DNA from: Candidatus Kuenenia stuttgartensis
GTDB lineage: Bacteria > Planctomycetota > Brocadiia > Brocadiales > Brocadiaceae
DNA: 32,000 nucleotides
Direction: 5' to 3'
Assembly (NCBI RefSeq): GCF_900232105.1
Contig: NZ_LT934425.1
Span: 870,001-902,000, forward strand
The notes below the pieces were generated by a model. It did no database searches and was not told the DNA's origin. It saw only the letters and a program-made list of their open reading frames with translations. The position numbers and the translations under genes are program-made. Positions 26,368-32,000 of the stretch are shown here, one piece after another. Numbering within the stretch: the stretch's first letter is position 1; every line of letters starts with the position of its first letter.

Positions 26368-26411
26368 CAGTACTTTTATCATAATATTTACCGATTATGC
26401 AGTTTCAATCT

Positions 26412-26453
26412 CGTTTCCAGTCTCCAGCCTGGAAACGAACGTTTTTATTTTTT
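26412..26453 (+). terminator. rho-independent terminator after murJ
   Basis: CGTTTCCAG (26412-26420) / CTGGAAACG (26429-26437): 9-bp stem, 8-nt loop, then GTTTTTATTTTTT. Confidence 0.7.
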
Positions 26454-26466
26454 CAAAAAATTGGGT

Positions 26467-27573
26467 ATGAATAAATTACAGTTAACTTCAATTACCGAAT
26501 TAGATTTATCTGAATCGGTGGAACTTTGCCGCTCATTGGGAGAGCCTTCTTACAGGGGGAAGCAAATTCTTTCATGGATGTATAAAAAAGGCGCAACGGA
26601 TTTTAATCAAATGTCCGATATTCCCCTGCCGTTTCGAGAAAAGCTTGAAGAAGCACACAATGTTTTTCAAACCAAAATACACACAATAAACACCTCGCAA
26701 GACGGTACAGAAAAATTTCTGATCCATTTGCCGGACAACAACTTAATTGAATGTGTGCTTTTAAGAGACGGTAAGAGGAGGACGGCATGTGTTTCAACGC
26801 AGGTTGGTTGTGCTATGGGGTGTAGTTTTTGTGCAAGTGGTGTATTAGGACTTACCAGAAACCTTAAAACCGGGGAAATAATCGAACAAGTTCTACATAT
26901 CAAAAACCACCTCCCCGCAAATGAACACATTACCAATATTGTCTTTATGGGAATCGGAGAGCCACTGGCCAATTATGATAAGGTGGTCAAGTCTCTCAGA
27001 ATTATGAATGCTGATTGGGGTCTGGCGATAGGTGCCAGAAATATCACTATTTCAACCGTTGGCCTGATAGAAGGAATCAGAAGATTGGCAAAGGAAGGGC
27101 TCAAAGTAAATCTTGCTATTTCTCTTCATGCATCGAATGATAATACAAGAAATAAACTCGTCCCATCAAACAGTAAAACAGGGATTAAAAACATCCTGGG
27201 TGCTGCGCAGGAATACTTTAATGCTACCCATAGAGATATTAGTTTTGAATATACCATGATTGACGGCATTAATGATTCAAAACAGGATGCCAAATTACTT
27301 GCACAAATATTAAAAGGAGTTCAGTGCAACGTTAATATTCTTCCTGTAAATCCAATAAAGGAAGGCAATTTTGCCCCCCCGGTACAAAAAACAGTGGAAA
27401 CATTCTGCACCGTGCTAAAAAATCATGGCATCGTCGCCACGGTTCGTCAAAGAAGAGGAATTAACGTAAATGCTGCATGTGGACAACTTAGGCTACAAAT
27501 TCAAAAGCATTGTCATGGAGAAAAGATATTACATACACCACCGTCATTGTTTCTCCCCGCAAATTATAAATAA
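26467..27573 (+). CDS. rlmN: 23S rRNA/tRNA adenine-C2 methyltransferase (radical SAM)
   Basis: YRGKQILSWMY, the CxxxCxxC motif in GCAMGCSFCASG, MGIGEPLAN, and the C-terminal catalytic ACGQL. ATG at 26467 preferred over TTG at 26461. Confidence 0.93.
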   Translation: MNKLQLTSITELDLSESVELCRSLGEPSYRGKQILSWMYKKGATDFNQMSDIPLPFREKLEEAHNVFQTKIHTINTSQDGTEKFLIHLPDNNLIECVLLRDGKRRTACVSTQVGCAMGCSFCASGVLGLTRNLKTGEIIEQVLHIKNHLPANEHITNIVFMGIGEPLANYDKVVKSLRIMNADWGLAIGARNITISTVGLIEGIRRLAKEGLKVNLAISLHASNDNTRNKLVPSNSKTGIKNILGAAQEYFNATHRDISFEYTMIDGINDSKQDAKLLAQILKGVQCNVNILPVNPIKEGNFAPPVQKTVETFCTVLKNHGIVATVRQRRGINVNAACGQLRLQIQKHCHGEKILHTPPSLFLPANYK

Positions 27574-28005
27574 AAGTGTGAAAGATACGGATATCGTGTT
27601 TTTCTTTGCGGCAAAGACATATCAAACAGATACATTTTCCTCTTCAAAGTTAAAAAAAAAGATTGTTGTATTTTATCTAATAACATGATAATTATTATGA
27701 ATGAATTTAAGAGAGATACTAACCCCTGCGTTTGCCCCATGCTAATGATTTACAACAACCATCTTACAGAAAAGGGGCAAAAATTGGGGGTTAATCAACA
27801 GATTTATTTACTGACGTAGAAATATTTCTTGTAAATAAAAAGTATTATAAGAACATCATTTTCTGGCAAAATAAAAGGGATGCAAACTTTTACAAAAAAA
27901 AGAGCATCATTAGGAAGGAGGTGGGGGGGAAACTTGATATTTCTTTATTTAAGGAATTTTTAATACTTTTAATCACATTATTTTGTTTTTTCAAGGAGGT
28001 TTTTT

Positions 28006-28191
28006 ATGCATGCAAAAGTAGATGCAGATACTTGTACAGGATGTGAACTTTGCGTACAAACATGTCCTGAAATTTTTTATATGAACGGTGATCTCGCCGA
28101 AGCGAAGGATATTGAAGTGCCTTCTGAGTATGAAGATACCTGTAGACAGGCAGCGGAAGAATGTCCCGTAGAGGCCATCAGCCTCGATTAG
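28006..28191 (+). CDS. small single-cluster [4Fe-4S] ferredoxin (Thermotoga/Pyrococcus type)
   Basis: 61 aa: VDADTCTGCELCVQTCPEIF ... CRQAAEECPVEAISL. AAGGAGG SD 7 nt upstream of the ATG. Confidence 0.85.
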   Translation: MHAKVDADTCTGCELCVQTCPEIFYMNGDLAEAKDIEVPSEYEDTCRQAAEECPVEAISLD

Positions 28192-28204
28192 TTTCTAAAC
28201 AAAA

Positions 28205-28250
28205 AGAGACCCTAAATAATGTATTCAATTTTTAGGGTCTCTTTCTTTTC
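28205..28250. terminator. bidirectional rho-independent terminator shared by ferredoxin (+) and rpmH (-)
   Basis: 12-bp perfect stem AGAGACCCTAAA (28205-28216) / TTTAGGGTCTCT (28231-28242). T-rich tail TTCTTTTCTTTG on the + strand and an A-run (AAACAAAAA) before it, which is a T-run for the minus strand. Confidence 0.75.
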
Positions 28251-28259
28251 TTTGTTCGC

Positions 28260-28397
28260 TCAAACATTCAGTAGCGGCCTTCTCCCTATGCGGCGTCTCC
28301 TATTTAAAATAGCACGCCCTCCCTTTGTCCGCATTCTTTTTCTAAAACCGCACATTCTCTTACGTTTTATCGAACTTTTCCTAATTCTTACTTTCAT
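28260..28397 (-). CDS. rpmH: 50S ribosomal protein L34
   Basis: Below the ORF-track size cutoff. Hand translation of the minus strand: MKVRIRKSSIKRKRMCGFRKRMRTKGGRAILNRRRRIGRRPLLNV (45 aa). This matches the L34 consensus (..KRKR.HGFR.RM.TK.GR.VL.RRR.KGR..L). AAGGAG SD at 28412-28407. Confidence 0.9.
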   Translation of the reverse strand: MKVRIRKSSIKRKRMCGFRKRMRTKGGRAILNRRRRIGRRPLLNV

Positions 28398-28434
28398 AAT
28401 CTATCTCTCCTTAAATCAAAATTAACAGGACTAT

Positions 28435-28462
28435 ATTATCGTATTAGCTGTTTTATTGTCAA
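28435..28462 (-). promoter_or_regulatory. candidate sigma70-type promoter of rpmH
   Basis: Minus strand TTGACA (28462-28457), 16-bp spacer, GATAAT (28440-28435), about 38 nt upstream of the ATG. Confidence 0.5.
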
Positions 28463-28542
28463 GGAATTTTATGTAAAAATAATACGGGAGTATCTGGTTT
28501 TTTAACCATGGATTTTTGTTGCAGAATAGTCGTAAATTCTTA

Positions 28543-28571
28543 TTGACATTGATCTTTTGAATTGATACTAT
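28543..28571 (+). promoter_or_regulatory. candidate sigma70-type promoter upstream of the HU/IHF-like gene
   Basis: TTGACA (28543-28548), 17-bp spacer, TACTAT (28566-28571). This would give a ~170-nt leader. A second match, TTGCCA-16-TATAAT (28707-28734), sits so close to the ATG that its transcript would lack the SD. Confidence 0.4.
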
Positions 28572-28748
28572 GTTCAAACTAGTCATAAGTGGCATGCCTA
28601 GAAGTTAGTTAAGATTAGGTCACAGCCTTTCAGTAATCCCCTAAACCCGAGAAAGAGATAATTTTTTTATTTTTAACGTATTCGCTCAGTTAAATACTTC
28701 TATAGGTTGCCAGTAATATACTTACCGTTATAATTAAGGAGATATGTA

Positions 28749-29060
28749 ATGCAAACAACGACAAAAAGGGATCTGTGCGAAAAGATTGCCAGGAAAACAG
28801 ACAACACGCATATGGTGGTAAAAAAGACAATTCAAATGTTTTTGGATGAAATTATAGGGGAGCTTTCACAGGGTAATCGCATTGAATTGCGCGACTTCGG
28901 CGTCTTTGAAATTCGCCAGCGTGCGGCACGCAAGGCAAGAAACCCAAGAACCGGAGAAGTTGCTTTTGTACCGTCAAAAAATGTCGTTGTGTTCAAGGTT
29001 GGAAAACTCATGCGGGAAAAAGTTGGCAACTCACCACAAACACAACCCCCGGCACAATAA
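28749..29060 (+). CDS. HU/IHF-family DNA-binding protein (IHF-beta-like)
   Basis: RIELRDFGVFEIRQRAARKARNPRTGEVAFVPSKNVVVFKVGKLMREKV is the canonical HU/IHF arm and C-terminal helix. AAGGAG SD upstream. Confidence 0.9.
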   Translation: MQTTTKRDLCEKIARKTDNTHMVVKKTIQMFLDEIIGELSQGNRIELRDFGVFEIRQRAARKARNPRTGEVAFVPSKNVVVFKVGKLMREKVGNSPQTQPPAQ

Positions 29061-29076
29061 ATATATTGGAGCTTCC

Positions 29077-29544
29077 ATGTTTAAACAAACACAAGTAAAA
29101 GAAGCAGGTATCATAAAACGTATTAACGGCAACAGAACTACCATCGAATTACTAAAACAAACAGCGGAGAACTGTAAGAGTTGCAGTGGTTGTGCAGAGG
29201 TAAAAAGTAGTCCGCACTATTTGGAAGTTGAAACAGTTCCCGGCACAAAGGAAGGGCAATTGGTAGTTACGCAAAAAACAATCCATTCACCTTACAAAAG
29301 TATAATACTCGTGTTTGTCTTTCCCTTAATTAGTTTAATAGCGGGTAGTTACGTAGGGCAAAATTACAACTTTTTTGGTATAACATCAAAAGACATAAGA
29401 ATTATAGTTTGTGGATTTATTTTTTTTATATCTTCATTGGTTATAGCAGCTATTTACGACAAAATGTCAAAAAGTAAAACAACCACACCTCAAAAAATCA
29501 TTCCTTATAATCTCCACAATAGCTACGACACCATTTTTAAATAG
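29077..29544 (+). CDS. RseC/MucC-family membrane protein
   Basis: Start moved to the ATG at 29077 (GGAG 6 nt upstream); the track ORF 28882 overlaps the HU/IHF gene out of frame. Has an N-terminal beta region with CKSCSGC followed by two TM helices, the RseC architecture. Confidence 0.65.
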   Translation: MFKQTQVKEAGIIKRINGNRTTIELLKQTAENCKSCSGCAEVKSSPHYLEVETVPGTKEGQLVVTQKTIHSPYKSIILVFVFPLISLIAGSYVGQNYNFFGITSKDIRIIVCGFIFFISSLVIAAIYDKMSKSKTTTPQKIIPYNLHNSYDTIFK

Positions 29545-29668
29545 ATTCCACTCCTTATGTTTAAATTTAAAGCCAAGGATAAATGAAAAGGTGTTGTAAT
29601 AATCAGGACAAAGACCCTTTTGCATTGCAAGGTTTGAATAAGACAAAAAACATTTTAAAGACTTCACA

Positions 29669-30562
29669 ATGAAAAACAAAATAGCAAAACAATTTTTGAA
29701 ATGGGCTGGTGGCAAAACGCAACTCATTAACGAAATAAAGAAGTCGTTGCCATACGATATTACTAAATCAAGATTTACTTACCTTGAGCCATTTGTAGGA
29801 AGTGGTGCTGTTTTATTTTGGATACTCAACAACTTTCCAAAGTTAGAGAAAGCGGTTATCAATGACATTAACGAAGACTTGATAAACACTTACAGAGTCA
29901 TTGCCACAAAACCCGAAGAGCTTATTTCAATTCTGCAAATCCTGCAAAATGAATATCACAATCTTGACAGCAAACAAGAAGAAAGAAAAGAGTACTACTA
30001 TCAGAAAAGAGAATTGTACAATACAAGAAAGGAAGAAAAAAGCAGCCAAGCTGCTTTATTTATCTTTCTGAATCGCACTTGCTTTAACGGGCTATACAGA
30101 GTAAACAGTAAGAATTTATTCAATGTACCGATGGGTAGTTATAAAAAACCTACTATCTGTGATGGTAAAAACATTTTATCTGTAAGTAATCTTTTGCAAA
30201 AAGTTGAAATCCTTTGTGGTGACTACGAAGCGACATTAGATAAAGCGACAAACAATTCATTCTTCTATTTCGATCCACCGTACAAACCATTAAGCGAAAC
30301 ATCAAGTTTTAACTCATACGCAAAAGACGAATTCAATGATGAAGAACAAATAAGACTGAAAAACTTTTGTTCTAAATTAAATGTACTTGGTCATCAATGG
30401 ATTTTGAGCAATTCTGATGTTAAAGGAAAAAATTCTGCTGATAATTTTTTTGATGATTTGTATAGTGATTTTACGATTTTAAGAGTTGATGCCAGAAGAA
30501 GTATTAATGCTAATCCTGAAAAAAGAGGTTCCTTAAAAGAATTATTAATTACAAACCAATAA
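29669..30562 (+). CDS. Dam-family (alpha-class) N6-adenine DNA methyltransferase, GATC-type
   Basis: FLKWAGGKTQL, YLEPFVGSGAV, FLNRTCFNGLYRVN, FNVPMG and catalytic FDPPY are the D12-class Dam/DpnM/M.MboIA motif order. Confidence 0.92.
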   Translation: MKNKIAKQFLKWAGGKTQLINEIKKSLPYDITKSRFTYLEPFVGSGAVLFWILNNFPKLEKAVINDINEDLINTYRVIATKPEELISILQILQNEYHNLDSKQEERKEYYYQKRELYNTRKEEKSSQAALFIFLNRTCFNGLYRVNSKNLFNVPMGSYKKPTICDGKNILSVSNLLQKVEILCGDYEATLDKATNNSFFYFDPPYKPLSETSSFNSYAKDEFNDEEQIRLKNFCSKLNVLGHQWILSNSDVKGKNSADNFFDDLYSDFTILRVDARRSINANPEKRGSLKELLITNQ

Positions 30563-30570
30563 AATACAGA

Positions 30571-31410
30571 ATGTCTGAACAATTTAAACTATTCTTATCA
30601 CTACTAAGTGAAACAAATGCAACCCTTGATTATTTTACTGATTTCAAAAAAATAACTTCAAACATCAATAAAATTTCAATAAAGCTGCATCAACTAAACT
30701 ACCTTATCGGTAAAAAGGATTTAAAACAAGCTGTTAATGAACTTTATGAGGAAAATAAAGGTGTTTTTCAAGTACTTGATGTATTAATCGCAGTTAGAAA
30801 AAAAGACAAAAAGAAAGTCATTAATAATGAAGGTAAAATCGTTCTTCTCGAAACCTATTTTGAATCTGCTGAGAAGATACTTGAATATATTAAAGACACT
30901 GGCTTAGCTGAAGTTTTTAAAAACTGTAAAATCGCGAACCTTGTCGATTATGTTTTTGGTATTGAAGTCGGTTTAGATACAAATGCAAGAAAAAATAGAG
31001 GCGGTGATAAGATGGAAAAAGCAGTTGCTTTGATTTTCGATAACGCAAAGATTTTCCATAAAAAGCAGGTCAACATTACTGATTTTCCTGAAATTCTAAG
31101 TTTAGGTGAAGATTTAAAATGTTTTGATTTTGCAATAAAAACCAAGAGAAAAACATATTTGATCGAAGCGAATTTTTACAATAGTACAGGTTCTAAACTT
31201 AATGAAACAGCAAGGTCATATTCTGATGTTGCATCCAAAATTAATCAATGCAATAATTTTGAATTTGTTTGGATCACCGACGGTCAGGTTTGGCGTTCAG
31301 CCGCAAACAAGCTACAAGAAGCATTCAGTGTCATTCCAAGTATGTATAATCTTGCTACACTTCATTTATTCATTGAAAAACTGAACAAAGAAAAAACTGT
31401 TTCTTTTTAA
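30571..31410 (+). CDS. DpnII/MboI-family type II restriction endonuclease (GATC)
   Basis: NLVDYVFGIEVGLDTNARKNRGGDKME, CFDFAIK, YLIEANFYNSTGSKLNETARSY and FEFVWITDGQVW match the conserved blocks I recall for DpnII (dpnB)/MboI. Starts 8 nt after the methyltransferase stop. Confidence 0.9.
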   Translation: MSEQFKLFLSLLSETNATLDYFTDFKKITSNINKISIKLHQLNYLIGKKDLKQAVNELYEENKGVFQVLDVLIAVRKKDKKKVINNEGKIVLLETYFESAEKILEYIKDTGLAEVFKNCKIANLVDYVFGIEVGLDTNARKNRGGDKMEKAVALIFDNAKIFHKKQVNITDFPEILSLGEDLKCFDFAIKTKRKTYLIEANFYNSTGSKLNETARSYSDVASKINQCNNFEFVWITDGQVWRSAANKLQEAFSVIPSMYNLATLHLFIEKLNKEKTVSF

Positions 31411-31412
31411 GT

Positions 31413-31623
31413 ATGGTATGTTCACATTTCAAATCCGAAGATAAAAACTTATATTTACTTCATGGAGATACAATGGTTCTCTTGTCTTAATTTGAACATA
31501 AATTTGATATGGCTTTTACATGTCCACCATATTTTATATCTAACAACGGACTTTTCAATTCAAAGTGGTAAAATCGTGAGCGTAAATAAAGGTTAATTGG
31601 ATAAATCAGGTGGCTTCGAATGA
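31413..31623 (+). pseudogene. decayed N-terminal stub of a DpnA/M.MboIC-type (beta-class) DNA methyltransferase
   Basis: Frame from ATG 31413: MVCSHFKSEDKNLYLLHGDTMVLLS*FEHKFDMAFTCPPYFISNNGLFNSKW* (stops at 31488 and 31569). The +1 frame from ~31555 reads SIQSGKIVSVNKG*LDKSGGFE* (stops at 31594 and 31621). It retains the GD.., D-x-x-F-x-(D)PPYF-x-SN-x-G and V-x-K-G-x-(W)-D-K layout, with D changed to C in DPPY. Confidence 0.7.
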
Positions 31624-32000
31624 TTCAAAAAACATCGAAAAATCCAAGTTTGATAACAGAATTTTGTACCCTTTGTAACTCTGAGGTAAAGCATGCATTA
31701 TCTTCTCATTTTAAAGAATCTCACAGCATAAAGTTGCTTGAAGAATCTATTCTAACTGATGTTGACAACGGTATGCCGGAAGTAGAAATTGGAAGAAAAT
31801 ATGGAATCACCTTCCGCTATTTAGAAAAACTTATAACACAAAGCAAGGGTATTAATGTTGGTTTTATTAAGCATAAAAAAATAAAGACTTTTGAGCCAAA
31901 AGATTTTAGCGAAGAAACCACAACAGTTTGGAGTTTTAAAAGCAGGGGTAATTGGGCAACACACAGTGGAGAGTACAGGGGCAACTGGTCTCCTTACATT
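31620..32000 (+). CDS. putative DNA methyltransferase, N-terminal part (open at right window edge)
   Basis: Not in the ORF track because it has no stop in the window. Hand translation MIQKTSKNPSLITEFCTLCNSEVKHALSSHFKESHSI...EIGRKYGITFRYLEKLI...TTVWSFKSRGNWATHSGEYRGNWSPYI. I recall the W-x-F...G-x-WATH-x-G-x-YRGNWSP block as preceding the FxGxG SAM motif in a subgroup of N4/N6 methyltransferases. The Cys/His-rich segment is zinc-finger-like. Confidence 0.55.
   Translation, partial: MIQKTSKNPSLITEFCTLCNSEVKHALSSHFKESHSIKLLEESILTDVDNGMPEVEIGRKYGITFRYLEKLITQSKGINVGFIKHKKIKTFEPKDFSEETTTVWSFKSRGNWATHSGEYRGNWSPYI

Noticed and set aside
27913-27963. GGAAGGAGGTGGGGGGG tract followed by a 9-codon TTG ORF, considered as a leader peptide
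   Set aside because: The SD-to-start spacing is about 12 nt and the start is TTG. The evidence is too weak. It is mentioned only as context for the hairpin finding.
28219-28425. 68-aa + strand ORF after the ferredoxin gene
   Set aside because: It starts inside the terminator hairpin and is the antisense shadow of rpmH (28260..28397, minus).
29467-29727. 86-aa minus-strand ORF spanning the RseC-like/methyltransferase junction
   Set aside because: It overlaps the ends of two well-supported + strand genes, has no motifs, and is AT-rich chance sequence.

Overview
AT-rich bacterial chromosomal window, roughly 40% GC by eye. Gene content reminds me of a Planctomycetota/anammox-type genome, but that is only an impression.

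Housekeeping backbone:
- An Nqr/Rnf-type redox-pump cluster at the left edge on the minus strand (A/C-like, B/D-like and C/G-like subunits).
- A GNAT gene overlapping a TatD::radical-SAM fusion, then yraN.
- rplS-trmD-rpsP-ffh on the minus strand and rpmE-prfA-prmC-murA on the plus strand.
- An ADP-heptose operon (hldE-gmhA-gmhB), preceded on the same strand by a soluble hybrid histidine kinase and a REC-XRE response regulator.
- murJ, rlmN, a 61-aa ferredoxin, rpmH (45 aa, missed by the ORF track), and HU/IHF-like and RseC-like genes.

Accessory patches:
1. 12.25-15.56 kb is a scar zone downstream of murA. It holds a 35-bp perfect duplication of an internal murA segment, two unrelated truncated transposase genes, and an orphan DUF4338 (DruA-type domain) ORF bracketed by a 17-bp imperfect inverted repeat.
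2. Two copies of a TA-flanked, TIR-bounded MITE-like element lie at 4889-5049 and 21881-22137. The second carries a 13 x 7-bp purine-rich tandem array between two divergent promoters.
3. 29.6-32.0 kb is a more AT-rich GATC-type R-M module in MboI gene order (Dam-like M, DpnII/MboI-family R). Its third gene is a decayed stub, followed by a different methyltransferase ORF.

I did not find a convincing self-contained multi-gene novel system. The most unusual items are listed as findings with explicit caveats. All family assignments come from motif recognition by eye, not from searches.
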